Below are positions 1-12,344 of a DNA stretch of 64,000 nt, one piece after another. The position numbers and the translations under genes are program-made. The first letter of the stretch is position 1; each line of letters starts with the position of its first letter. The notes under the pieces are model-generated. The model was not told where the DNA came from, searched no databases, and was given only the letters and a program-made list of their open reading frames with translations. This stretch comes from Leucoraja ocellata (Eukaryota). Where the stretch lies: positions 4,030,001-4,094,000 of the forward strand of contig JAWMAR010000156.1 in assembly GCA_036785375.1 (NCBI GenBank), written 5' to 3'.

Positions 1-107
1 AGCAGAGGAGACAGGTAAGGTGGCGATATAGGGTACCATTTCTGCACAAATTTAAAAACAACGTAGACTGGAAGTGGTCAAGATGAGAGTTTTAGTAGTA
101 GTATAGA
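1..107 (-). mobile_element. 5' end of a non-autonomous Helitron-like element (continues left of window)
   Basis: + strand reads ggaagtggtcaagatgagagttttagtagtagtatagat, i.e. A|TCTATA... on the minus strand. The same terminus recurs at 10856 (+), 17855 (-) and ~48290 (-). Confidence 0.6.
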
Positions 108-108
108 T

Positions 109-164
109 AAATAGATAGATATTATGGAAAGACAAGAAATAGATAGATATTATGGAAAGACAAG
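109..164. repeat. 28-bp tandem duplication
   Basis: aaatagatagatattatggaaagacaag twice (109-136, 137-164). Confidence 0.9.
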
Positions 165-348
165 ACAAGATAGAAAGTACCTGAGGGTGATAATAGAATC
201 TTCTTAACATTGGCCCGAATTTTCCAGAGAATGAATGTCAACAATATTGGATTGGGTTGGTGGCATTTCTGGAGGAAACTGTCAGAAAGTTCAAAATACA
301 TGCGCAAGCTGTATGAACATGGAAGTCCTGAACTTGCTGACACTGCAG

Positions 349-486
349 TGGAGCAGCAAAGCTTGTAGATCTGGCAGTTCTCAATATAGGGTATTTGTCC
401 ACTGGACAAGCACCAGTGTGGACATACACAACAGAAACAGCAGTTCCATTTATTACAATAGAGAAGGATAGCTGCAAGGAACCAAG
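349..486 (+). CDS. weak candidate internal exon of an unidentified host gene
   Basis: ctgacactgcag| acceptor, AAG|gtcagc donor, 138 nt open in one frame (GAAKLVDLAVLNIGYLSTGQAPVWTYTTETAVPFITIEKDSCKEP). Poor pyrimidine tract; no homologue recognised. Confidence 0.2.
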
Positions 487-1080
487 GTCAGCATATGGTC
501 ATTTGTTTCTAAATTAATTGAGTATATACATTTTTTGAAGTATTTAATGCGGTCTAACTTAACAGTTATTTTTGTCATTATTGTTTTGGAATATTTTTGG
601 CTGAATTGGATTTATTGCTTGGTTATTTATCAAAAATTTTAAGACAATCCTATGACTTATTGTCTCCATTGTCTGATCCATGTGCTGTGAAGAGTGTCGC
701 TAATGATAGTTGGTACAGGTTGTGCAACAAAAATCTTGATAACTAGTTTCTATAAGCTCTGTGTGCACAGCAAATACATAGCTCTGCAGCTGGGAAGTCC
801 TGGATTGACTTGTTAAGTCTATATGAATTTACAATGGTGACAATAATTTTATACAAAATAAGGACATATGGTAATAAGGCACGTGCCTGGATAGAAATTG
901 GCCAAAGGACTAAAGAACAGAAAAATAAAATTATTATTATTTTCCTGAATAGCAGACGATCAATAATGATGATCCACAAGATCAATAATGATGATCAATA
1001 ATGATGATCCACAAATGCTAGATTCTCAGTTATTTAAAATCCAGGCATTGCAGTATAAAGGGATCTAGACTTAAGACTAT

Positions 1081-1430
1081 GTTTAAGAAGGAACTGCAGA
1101 TGCTGGACAATCGAAGGTAGACAAAAATGTTGGAGAAACTCAGCCAGTGTGGCAGCATCTATGGAGCAAAGGAAATAGGCGAAGTTTCGGGTTGAGACCC
1201 TTCTTCAGGCTCATGTGAGAGTGGGGGGGGGGGGGGGGGCAGGAAGAAGAAAGGAAGAGGCGGAAACAGTGGGCTGAGGAAGAGCTGCGAAGGGGAGGGG
1301 AAAGAAGGAGTAAGCAGGGACTACCTGAAATAGGAAAAGTCAATGTTCATACCTCTGGGGTGTAAACTACCCAAGCAAAATATAAGGTGCTTCTCCTCCA
1401 ATTCACGGTGGTCCTCACTCTGGCCATGGA
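1081..1430 (-). mobile_element. Penelope-like element (PLE) 3' fragment
   Basis: End of the GIY-YIG-region ORF (LGSLHPRGMNIDF) plus the terminal region shared with 6670-7555, 45832-46160 and 61985-62160. Confidence 0.75.
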
Positions 1431-1769
1431 GTATTCAGTCCAAAACATCAGCAATTCCTTTTTCCGCCCATCAATATGATTCTAGATCTGCTGATTTCCT
1501 CCGGCAAGTTGTTGCTCCAGATTCCAACATCTGCAGTCTCTTGTGTCTCTAATGAACGGGAGTAGTTTATCTATAGCTATCACAATTTTTAGTTGTTGAA
1601 ACTTCAGTCAATGCACCTTAATTTTCAAAGCTCCATGGAATATATGCCTAGATTATATAATCCTTCCTCATAATTTATTCCTGCCCAAGTAATTTAAAAA
1701 ACAATGAGAAACTGCTAATTATTATTCTGAGGGATTTGGATATTACAATAGACAAAATAACTTGACTTA

Positions 1770-2125
1770 AAGGTGCTGCAAGCAAGTAGGATGGCAAATG
1801 ACAAGATAGTTTGGGTACTTGAGGGAAGTCTCACAAAATACTGTGCAGGGCATTGGTGAGACCACACCTGGACTAATGCATGTGACTTTGGCTTCTCTAC
1901 TGAATGAAGAAACGCATGTCCCAGAGGATCTGTAATGAATGCTCACTGTCCGACATGGAGTTATTGATGATTTCAGGAGTTTAGAGCAATGTGACATGAT
2001 CTCATTAAAACTTGTATGTCTAGAAATCAAAAGATACTGCTTAGGCACTTTAAACAGTTTGTGGTCAATGTTACACTTGAGGGCCAGATGCTGGGAATTT
2101 GTAGCAAACAAGGCACACAGTTTTA
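1770..2125 (+). mobile_element. old degraded CR1 LINE fragment
   Basis: gcattggtgagaccacacctgga (ALVRPHL) motif, otherwise decayed. Confidence 0.5.
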
Positions 2126-3765
2126 AACTGCACTTAATTGATTTAATATAGTGAAAGGCCTTTCTTTTGCATGGTCTGCCATTATGAAGCACAGAAAAGG
2201 AGTCAGATGGGGTTGGATCTGAGGGTGGCAGAGATATGGAAAGGGAATGGAGGGAAGGGCTAAGAATATGAGGTGACAGAGGGTTGGTCAGTAGGTAGTA
2301 GAGTCAGGCCTAATTGGTGGTAAAGGTTTTGGAGCTGGGTTAAGTAATTAGTTGTGGCAGATGGTTGACAAAAGGATTGCGTTGAAGGTTGGCTGCTGAA
2401 GATTTTGGTTGTTGGGATGGTTTGGATAGTTAGGAGGGAATGAGAATCAGTGTTTGGAAGGTGGTGCTGATTTTGAGGGTGAGGCTGATATTCGAGTGAA
2501 GGTTGGTAATTCAGCATTTGGTGGTATGTGAGATAGCAGAACGTTGTTAGGTTTTTGGTGTCTGGTCAGCAGATTGATGGTGGGGGTGCAGCTTCCGACA
2601 GTTTCAGATAAGAGTTACCATCTCAGGAAGGGGTGTGGGTGGCAACTGGCAGACAAGCATCAAATCGTGAATGCCATTATGTTAATCCCTTTGTTCAGAT
2701 GGATGGAGATCCTGTAAGGAAAATCATGGATTGCTGCTTGATGTCCTGTTTTATTTTTCATTGTGATTGTGTCCAGTGTAACACGGAAACATGGCACAAC
2801 ACAGTTGAATTTCTAAGTAGTCAAATTCTAAGATAATTTCACGAGGAGGTGAGAAAGCTGTTTCTTCTGGCTCAAGACCAGAACAAAGATCTTCAGGAAT
2901 GGAAAATACATGCGTATAAATGTCTGAAAGCAGAAATTAGCCAAGGGAATCTTTTTGTTGTAATCCAGATGAATTATAGTGGAGTTCTGGAGAGAGTACT
3001 TTAGATGTGTTTCTGAAATTAATTATTTGAAATATGTATGACATCTGAACTAGCAATGTCTTCTTTAAATACAGTCAAGAAAATTATTATTGTCTCTATT
3101 TTATTAACGCAAGGATAATAGTCTGAAATAAATGTTGAATATGGGAAATACTATTGCTCACAATTTGTCATTTATTACATGTATAACTTTTCATAAAGGG
3201 TACAATGAATTTTGTTCATGTTGACAGGTTTATCACGAGCATTAAATGCCCCAAGCTGATGAGAATCAAAGCGTAAAATTAATTCTCTCTTTGAGTGAAG
3301 TTTGCCTCTGCCAGCAGAGATGTTTGTGGTTATTTAAGGTCCATCGTCAGCTTCAGGACGTTGCTGCTGAAGTTTCTCAAACCATTTGCTTAGCTCCAAC
3401 CACCTTCAAGTAGTTTGCTTTGTTCTGAATGCAGTTGTATCTGAGGATTATTGGAACTGCTCATATCCAACATGTGAAGGGTTTTCTGTCACACTTTCAT
3501 TTCCACAAATGAAACTTCTGGGTAAGCATGCTGAAAGTTCTGGATAATATTTAAGTAAGTGGCAGATAACATTCAATGAAAAGCAATGATCATCTCCTGA
3601 AAGGTGGAATGTGACGTTAGTATTAGTTGTCAAGGGCTTAATTGGCTGTCAAGGGCTTAATTGTGTTCCATCTATCAACATTAAGTGGGCTGCCACGAAT
3701 CTGTAACTTGGTTATACATGTATAAAAGTACCTGTATTGAGTAACTCAATTCCTGATTCCTCCAA

Positions 3766-3767
<2 letters not shown>

Positions 3768-3801
<34 letters not shown>
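3768..3801. repeat. (GA)n microsatellite
   Basis: direct reading. Confidence 0.95.
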
Positions 3802-3802
<1 letters not shown>

Positions 3803-3804
<2 letters not shown>

Positions 3805-4030
3805 TAGTCAGTGTGGAAACATGCCCTATGGTCCAACTTGCCCACACAGGCCAACATGTCCTAGCTACACTAGTCCCATCTGACTGCGTTTGGCCTGTAT
3901 CCCTCAAAACCTGTCCTATCCATGTACCTGTCTAAATTATTCTTAAATTTTGGGATAATCCCTGCCTCAACTTCCTCCTCTGGCAGCTTGTTCCATACTC
4001 CCACCACCCTCTGTGTGAAAATATTTCCAT
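3803..4030 (-). mobile_element. CR1 LINE 3' end
   Basis: FTQRVVGVWNKLPEEEVEAG...LDRYMD...WD* C-terminus plus 3' UTR. Confidence 0.85.
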
Positions 4031-4987
4031 TGTTTATTTCCAAGGCAAACCTGAGCTGTGACAGAATATGCTCCACTTGCTGAATAAGAGCAGTGCCAAT
4101 AACCCTCACATCCAACCGCTTTCAGAATAAGATAACATGTTTAATTCTCATTCTTCATATTAGTTTTGTAAAACACTTTGTTTGTAGATCTTCAGTTTAG
4201 TGCCAACCATTTGCCAAGGCTAGTGTATTAAGAACAACCGCATTGAAATGAATGAGGTCACCAACCTGAATGGGGAAAACAATTTTTTTTGCTCTATTTG
4301 TATTCATTGTAATGTTTTAAATTAATTCTGTCGGTTTAAAGTTATTTTTAAATTCATTTTTAATTATTTAATTCTATTTAATCTGTTTTTAATTGTCTCT
4401 GATAGCAGACATCTGGAAACATTTGAAAAGGCCTTTGACAGCATTAGCTGAGGCCTATTTGCAGCTAGTAGATTGTTTTTTTTTCTTTCAATTTTCTGCT
4501 TTTTTTCAGTTGTGTTTGTTGGTTAATCAACTAATTAACTATCTCACATTCACACAACTCACTATGGTTATTTTATTTTCTCTTGCTCTAAGCTGCATCA
4601 ATACCAATTTTGAGATTTGATGCTGAAGGAGGGCATGCTTGTTTTTCAGTTCAAATAATGGACTTTTATTTTAATTAATCTTTTCATCAGTTGGATGTGA
4701 ACATCTAACTTCTAGCATTTCTGTCCTGGTTTCATATGACCAACATTTGAATCAACTAAAATGTGTCCTGGATGTAGGAAATTATTTGAATGTGTTCTTT
4801 CTGACACTACAAGGAACAGTAACCTCAGGGCACCAAAACAAATGCAATGCATTTGCAGTATGAAATGTTAGAACCTCAGATTGGAGGGGAGGCAACGTGG
4901 TAGGTGGTGGATGTATATGAAGAATCTAAGTGGTAGTCAAAATACAACAAAATACAAGGCTGTGAATCAAGGTTTTCCTCTGCTATG

Positions 4988-6028
4988 GTAGGTATGTTAC
5001 AAAACCTACCTGAATCGCGTCTGAGCATCTGCCCTACCCAGTGTGCGCGATTTTGGCGCTGTTTAGAGGGGGCGGGTTTAAAACGCGATTTTTACTAGGC
5101 TGTTCCAATCGAAAATGTTCAGCCTAGTAAATCATTAACGGAAAATCGCTGAAAGACCCCGTCGCAAAAGGTATTATTAGTTTTTATGGCCTTGTATAAT
5201 ATTTATAGTAGTTTAAAAATCACTCTCTCAATCCGCAACCTCTCGCAGCCCCAGGGTATTATAAAGCAAACAATTAAAGGTATGTACCTTATTTTTACAT
5301 TAAATGGGGCTTGTATATAACCCTGTATATAAAGTTTTCTATAACGAGTAGTTCATTTTGGGCTCTTTATATCCCGCAGTATTTTTCTGGGCATTTGAGG
5401 GCACAAATCCAGCGCAATGTGAACGTTCTAAACCAGCGCGTTCACAGGAACCCACTAGAAAGCCGATTTAAATGGGCTTTAATTTGCAGCAATTGAACAC
5501 TAAATTCCTTCCATTTGGCCTATAAATTGATGTAAATGAGATTTAAAAATCATGTTTTATTGTGAATTATTTGTGAATATTATTTGGACACTTGGGCTAT
5601 TTAAAAATGTTAATCATTTATTAAGAAATGGATAGATGTTTAGATCTAATAATTGAAGTTTGAAATTAGCTACAATTGGGTAACTAACTAATTATATGCT
5701 TTAATTTCAGGTCATCCAAGTAAGATTATTTTATATTTGTTTCAGAATGCTTCAATCTATGATAACTGAAAATTTCATTCAGTTCTCTTAATTTTTAAGA
5801 AGGTTATGGGCTTTTGACTGTCCACGATCACAGCTTTTTTGTTATGTCCATAGAAAATCAATAGGGAACAAGATGCTAATTTCCGAGTATGAAAATGGCC
5901 ATAACTTTTTTATTACTTGAGATATGAAAGTGAATTAGGTGTCAAATTAAACTTATTGTTATGCTTTATCTGATGGGATAAATTGCAGACTTGATTTTTT
6001 AAATCTCAAAATTTTGTAACATTGCTAC
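4988..6028. mobile_element. non-autonomous TIR DNA transposon (1041 bp)
   Basis: TIRs GTAGGTATGTTACAAAA / GTAGCAATGTTACAAAA (15/17), flanked by TATG on both sides (4984-4987, 6029-6032). Superfamily uncertain because AT or TGC TSD readings are also possible. Confidence 0.8.
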
Positions 6029-6669
6029 TATGTGCTCTTTGGCCAAGAAGACAATGGATAGGTCAGGTATGTTTTCACATGACTTATGAAGTGTGATTTT
6101 TAGGAAATGTACAAGAGGAGCTACAATGGATTTTCCTCCAATTCATAACTCTCAATGTCATATTTCTACCTCCTATAGATAACTCAACTGAGAGCAGTTA
6201 GACTGATAATGCATCTGAAGTTTGATCGAATTTGTAGCTGTAAACAGATTTATAAAGTTCAGAAGTAATACATAATCTGCTTGAAAGCAAACTCCTTTAC
6301 TTTAGTTGATTACACAGTACATTAACTTCACTACATCGAGATATATTTTCAGTGTAACATTAAAATGCTCTACATTGGTTTTGTCTTTTATTTAGCCATA
6401 GAGCCATTGAGTTGTATAGCACAGGTGTGCCCTTCGTCCAGGCTGACCTTTTGCCATTCTACACTAATTTGCTGATATCCCGCCAGCCTTGCCTATTTGA
6501 ACGTCTATCGCAAGGTGCTTCACCAGCACCTCTGGCAGCATTTTTTATACCTCTCATATCACTCTTAAAAGTCCAAACAAAACTCTGCCCTCTTGTTTTC
6601 ATAGACTGAGCATTGGAAAAATATTTTGACTCTTTCCTAATACTTCTCTTTCCTTATACTTCTTTCACT

Positions 6670-7555
6670 TCGAAGGTAGACAAAAGTCCTGGAGAAACTC
6701 AGTGGGTGAGGCAGCATCGATGGAGCAAAGGAATAGGTGACTTTTGGGTCGAGACCCTTCTTCAGACTGATGTGGGGGTGGGGGGGAGGGAAGAGGAAAG
6801 GGAGAGGCGGAGACAGTGGGCTGTGGGAGAGCTGGGAAGGGGAGGAGAAAGAGGGAGAACGCAAAGACTACCTGAAATTGGAGAAGTCGATGTACATACC
6901 GCTGGGGTGTAAACTACCCAAGCGAAATATGAGGAGCTGCTCCTCCAATTTGCAGTGGGAGTCACTCTGGCCGTTGAGGAGACCCAGGACAGAAAGGTCG
7001 GATTCGGAATGGGAGGGGGAGTTGACGTGCTGAGCCACGGGGAGATCAGGTTGGTTATTGCAAACTGAGCGGAGGTGTTAGGCGAAGCGATAGCCAAGCC
7101 TACGCTTGGTCTCACTGATGTAGAGCAGCTGACACCTAGAGCAGTGGATGCAATAGATGAGGTTGGAGGAGGTGCAGGTGAACCTCTGCCGCACCTGGAA
7201 AGACTGCTTGGGTCCTTGGATGGAGTCAAGGGGGGAGGTAAAGCGACAAGTGTAGCATTTCCTGCGGTTGCAAGGGAAAGTACCAGGGGAGGGTGTGATT
7301 TGGGTGGGAAGGGGCGAATTGACCAGGGAGTTACTGATGGAGTAACTCTGCGGAAAGCCGAAAGGAGAGGAGATGGGAAGATGTGGCCAGAGGTGGGATC
7401 CCGTTGGATTATCTGTTGTATGTGATGGTTGGTAGGGTGGAAGGTGAGGACAAGGGGGACTCTGCCTTTGTTAGCCTCATCTACAGTCGAAGAGGTGAAC
7501 CCCTGTTCCCTAAAGAATGAGGACATCTGCGATGCCCTGGTTTGGAACACCTCAT
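6670..7555 (-). mobile_element. Penelope-like element, 5'-truncated (RT thumb/linker plus GIY-YIG endonuclease, frameshifted)
   Basis: FQTRASQMSSFFREQGF, RVPLVLTFHPT, then in another frame YISETKRRLG...PVAQH.NSPSHS...KLEEQLLIFRLGSLHPSGMYIDF. Confidence 0.85.
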
Positions 7556-7841
7556 CTCACCTAACAAAGAGACAGCCAGCTCCACAATGTTAAGGCCGCA
7601 GTGCGGATGGAGAAACGATACGGAAAAAGTTGCATCTCCGTCAAGGGAAGGGATAAAAACAGTTTGCTCAACCCTTCCACACCCCCACTGGGGCCCCACA
7701 TAATACAAAAATTAAAGATACACTAAAACATACAAGTAAAAACAGACTAAAACCAACAAAAGAGGAAAGGGACGAGATAGGCTGTGGAGAGGCTGCCTTA
7801 TAGTGGCATTCTAAGACATTGTTGCCTGTTAACCTCTCTGA

Positions 7842-7950
7842 TAATAGACAATAGGTGCAGGAGTAGGCCATTTGGCCCTTCGAGCCCCGGCTCTGCTATT
7901 TTTAAGAGCCCTATCTAGCTCTCTCTTGAAAGCATTCAGAGAACCTGCCT
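7842..7950 (-). mobile_element. CR1 3' tail fragment
   Basis: aatagacaataggtgcaggagtaggccatt tail shared with other CR1 copies. Confidence 0.7.
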
Positions 7951-7989
7951 TTTATGTGTGTAATTAGTGAGTAAAATTAGCGCACACTG

Positions 7990-9020
7990 TAATGGGGGTA
8001 TTGATACGGATAGAGAATTGGTTGGCACAGGAAACAAAGAGTAGGAATAAACTGGTCCTTGTCAGAATGCCAGGCAGTGGCGAGTGGAGTTCCGCAAGGT
8101 TCGGTGCTGGCGCCGCAACTATTTACAATATATATTAATGATTTATGAAGGAATTAAAAGTAACACTAGCAAATTTGCAGATGACACAAAGATGGGTGGC
8201 ATTGTGAACTGCAATGAGGATGCTAGGAGGTTGCAGGGTGACTTGGACAGGTTGGGTGAGTGGGCAGATGCAGTATAATGTAAATAAATGTGAGGCTATC
8301 CATTTTGGCGGAAAGAACAAGGAGGCAGATTATTATCTCAGTGGTGTCAGATTAGGAAAAAGGGAAATGCAACGGGACCTGAGTGTCCTTGTACACCAGT
8401 CACTGAAAGTAAACATGCAGGCACAGCAGGCAGTGAAGAAATCTAATGGCATGTTGGCCTTCATAACGAGAGGATTTGAGTATGGGAGTAAAGAGGTCCT
8501 TCTGCAGTTGTACAGGGCCCTGGTGAGACCATATCTGGAGTATTGTGTACAGTTTTGGTCTCCTAATTTGAGGAAGGACATCCTTACTATTGAGACAGTG
8601 TGGCGTAGGTTCATAGGGTCAATCCCTGGGATGGCGGGACTGTCACATGAGGAAAGATTGGGCTCGTATTCACTGGAATTTAGGATGAGAGGGGATCTTA
8701 TAGAAACGTGTAAAATTATAAAAGGACTGGATAAGCTGGATGCAGGAAAAATGTTATGAAGGGGAGGCCATTTAAAAGTGAGATGAGAACCCAGAGAGTT
8801 GTGAATTTGTGGAATTCTCTGCCACAGAAGGCATTAGAGGCCAATTCACTGGATGAATTTAAAAGAGAAAAGATGAATTTAGATAGAGCTCCAGGGGCTA
8901 GCTGAATCATGGGATATGGGGAGATGGCAGGCACTGGTTACTGATTGTGGATAATCAGCCATGATCACAATGATCTCGAAGGGCCAAATGGCCTCCTCCT
9001 ACACCTATTTCTCTATGTTT
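7990..9020 (+). mobile_element. CR1 LINE, 5'-truncated (RT C-half plus 3' UTR)
   Basis: SGVPQGSVL, SKFADDTK, LYRALVRPYLEYCVQFWSP, RGDLIET. Confidence 0.9.
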
Positions 9021-9185
9021 ATTGCATTTAGTTCATTTCAGTATAGTTTATTGTCACGTGTACCGGGGTACAGTAAAAAGCTTTTGTTGATAAAATGCAT
9101 AAAATTATTTAAATAACAACATTTAATGGTTAAAGCTATAAGGATTTAATTCTCTGAATAACTGCATCAAAATGATAGAAAATAA

Positions 9186-9305
9186 ACATAGAAACATAGA
9201 AAATAGGTGCAGGAGGAGGCCATTCGGTCCTTCGAGCCAGCACCACCATTCATTGTGATCAAGGCTGATCGTCCCCAATCAATAAATAGAAACATAAAAA
9301 ATAGG
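9186..9305 (-). mobile_element. CR1 3' tail
   Basis: (acatagaa)n followed by aataggtgcaggaggaggccattcgg. Confidence 0.75.
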
Positions 9306-9638
9306 AATGAAGCCAGTACTCAATGAGTTAATTTGGCTTTGTCTGGTGATAATCCTTGCTGAATTATCAGGTTATACGGGTGAAAGTGAAGGCTTTGATT
9401 TTTGTTGGTAGAAAGTATTAGATGGTGGTCCTAATGCAGAATCTCATTAAAGAACCTGTCAGGACTTGTCCACTTCGTCATCACCTGGGTTATCCTGCAA
9501 GAGGCAACTGTCGCTTCTTGTCAGTGCATTATAAAAGAGGCATTTACAAATAAATGAAAAATGTCACATTTGATATCAGTCTTTAAAGCTTATCGTATGT
9601 CAACTTTGCCACAAACTGCCCCTGTTGCTCTATTACAG

Positions 9639-9701
9639 GTTTTGCCGTCTTCAGCAGTCAATAGTTTTAGGATGGGTGGAGTCTCCTCCATTTTATTAGA
9701 G
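9639..9701 (+). CDS. candidate 63-nt exon, possibly carrying a start codon (MGGVSSILLE)
   Basis: ctgttgctctattacag|G acceptor and GAG|gtaagc donor. Only phase 0 is open (VLPSSAVNSFRMGGVSSILLE); aggATGG Kozak context. Confidence 0.35.
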
Positions 9702-10855
9702 GTAAGCACCATAAGAATTGACTATATTGAAATACCAGAATTGTTTGAATTGCTGCTTCTATTGCCAACAAAAAACAGTAGGAGCTTCGTGCGAATGGTA
9801 TGGTAATGCTAAAATCTGAAAGAAGTTACGGCAAAGATGTGTTTTTTTAAATGGATTCAATTCCAAAAAGTAATCTATAAAAGTAATTTATAAACAAGTA
9901 CAATGGTGGACTTGATTGCTTGTACAGTATTGTTCTACTTTAACATAGCTTTTCCTTTATATTCATCCCTTCCAAAAGCAGAGCTTCCAAAGGCACTTCA
10001 CTCATTTCTCTTTTCAAGTGCCTTATCTTAGACCGATATGTTTGAGATCTCACATGCCTATTAGTTACGCAGAAAATAACGGCTTTTAATGAATATGTTG
10101 ATCTGAAGAAGGGTTTAAATTCTCAGTCACAATATTTTCTGGCATGGTTAATTTGCACCAATTTCAGTAACTATTGATTTGCACATAGTGAGCTTTATGT
10201 ATATTTATACATGCGAGTACTATGCAGTGCGATGAGAGTAGGGCAACGTATCCAGTTTTTATTTGAAAATAATGTGGTTCATCCACTTGCATTTCTGTGG
10301 ACTGTGGAAATACCATTCTTGTAAATTGTACCTCAGTCTTCTGTAATAAATAAGGCAATATTCCAAATCATTGCAATTATCACAAACAATGATGCTTAAA
10401 TATTTGCTTTTCTTGAGTTGCATTCTTAAAATATTACTGTTTCCCAGGCTTAAGCATTATGTTTGCCTTGGCTCAGATTTGCTTGTGGTGTCCAATGAAA
10501 CATTATCTAAATTCAAATTGAATTCCAAAATGCCTTTAAATGGATTTTACTTGCAACACTAGAGAATTTAATTTTAAGGAGGTTCCAAAAATTGAGGGAT
10601 GACCAGCAGTTTGGTTGAATCATCTGTCTTCTCCAGAGATGATGCCTGAACTGTAGAGTTACTGCTGCGCGTAATGGCTTTTTTTGGTTGAATCGTTCGT
10701 TGGTATTGACCAAAGAACAATGATGAGCAGAACATGGTGCAATAAATAATACAGCAACATTTTGCAGGTACCTGTAATGATAAAATGGTTTAGAAAGTGT
10801 AGGCAATATGGACATTTTGGATACACATATTGTGCTGATAGTTGAAAAGTGACCA

Positions 10856-11330
10856 TCAAATATAATTAAAAGTCTCATCTTTACCACTTCCTATCTGCGC
10901 TGTATATTAATTTTAGAAAAATGCTACCATATATCGCTATGATTTTTGGCCATCTTACAGTCCTTCTCTGCTGAGCGGGTCCCGAGGATTTTTCCCATCG
11001 ATGAAAAATAAAAAAGTTATGAGTGTTTAAAAAATGTTGAGATCCTCTCGCCTGTCAATCACTGTAATGTAGGTAACGCCGCTTCCCGGGGCAGTGGGGG
11101 GGGGGGGGGGGAAGACTATAAAACCCCGGATGCCTGAACATGACTCAGTCACTCTGCAAGATCGCGATAGAAAGGCCACGACTCAATCTAGGCTGTGAAT
11201 CAACTGAACTGTGAGTCTGCAATGTACTTGCAATAAATGATTTGTCAGCCCTTAATGAAAATGAAATGAGTTGTTTGGCCTGCCTGTGCTTGAAACTGCA
11301 ATTGAATTGAAATGAAAATGCAATGACCTG
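10856..11330 (+). mobile_element. non-autonomous Helitron-like element, 5' portion
   Basis: Starts A|TC and is an inverted homologue of ~17390-17855 (shared SLRADKSFIA pseudo-ORFs). Confidence 0.7.
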
Positions 11331-11334
11331 TTGT

Positions 11335-12344
11335 ATAATATGCTGTAGTTCGTAACAGATAGGTAAATAAATTACAATTTCTAGCAATAGACCAAGTCTT
11401 TATGGAGAAGATCAGTTGCTAGCTGGTACATTGGCATATCATAATCAGAAGCATCATCATACTCCTCAGATTGTAACCAATAAGCAACTCTGTACACCTT
11501 GTTTTTCCTCAACGTTTCAATTTTGGCATTGTAAACTACACGTTTTTGCTCTTCAAACCACACATGACATGCCTTTCTGCCCCCTAATTTCCCATTAACA
11601 ATGTCCTGTAGATTCCATTTCTTAAGAAAAGGATTAAAAAAAAAAACTAGCCTAAGTATCCAAATAACAAACTAATCCCATTCACACAAGAATTCACAAT
11701 ATAACATGATTTTTAAATCTCACTGCCATGAATTTATATCCCAGGTGGAAGGAATTTAATGTTTAATTCCCAAAAATTAATCTAGAAACATCCACCCAAA
11801 ATATAATCAAATTATTGTTTTTTGCACAATACATGCGACTCAAACTGTTGTGAATATTTAGTTTAAAAATAATGATCATGGAGAGAGAGAATAAGACAAA
11901 ATATAGACTATTTGGATGGCTAATCTCCCCAAAAAATGGGCATTTTAATCATCTTGCTTCTGGAACGCGATCGATTGGAACGTTGCATTTGCGGTGAATT
12001 TGAACCCCATATCGGCAGGAAAAACACTGCTGGTTCGTATGGGGCTCAAATCACATTTTCGCAACGTAAAATTAGATTAAAGCCATCCCAAGAAGAGGAT
12101 TATATGTAAAATATCCGACTTGCACTTTGTTTCGTCCTGTTCTTGCGATCCATCACGTTGTAGGCGTTGAGGGCATTCAAAGTCACTTTTTATTTTAATC
12201 CAAATATTAAATTGTCCAGCGTTTAAAAAATGTATTTTTTAATATAGCGTGAACGGGAGGCGGATCGATTATTCTTCAGCAGCTAGCAGCCCGAGGAAGT
12301 CTGCCTCCGATGGGCAGTACAAAACGGCATTGTAGCATCGCTAC
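11335..12344 (-). mobile_element. TIR DNA transposon fragment related to 4988-6028, carrying a coding exon
   Basis: Right end tgtagcatcgctac resembles tgtaacattgctac of 4988-6028; no left TIR found. Confidence 0.55.
11381..11620 (-). CDS. terminal exon encoding a spindlin/Tudor-like domain (79 aa) inside a DNA transposon
   Basis: Acceptor ttttaatccttttcttaag|, phase 0, open to TAG: KWNLQDIVNGKLGGRKACHVWFEEQKRVVYNAKIETLRKNKVYRVAYWLQSEEYDDASDYDMPMYQLATDLLHKDLVYC. Confidence 0.5.
   Translation of the reverse strand, partial: KWNLQDIVNGKLGGRKACHVWFEEQKRVVYNAKIETLRKNKVYRVAYWLQSEEYDDASDYDMPMYQLATDLLHKDLVYC

Noticed and set aside
2200-2640. G/T-skewed tract with a Q/P/T-rich antisense ORF
   Set aside because: Compositional bias, probably a very old repeat; no identifiable motif.
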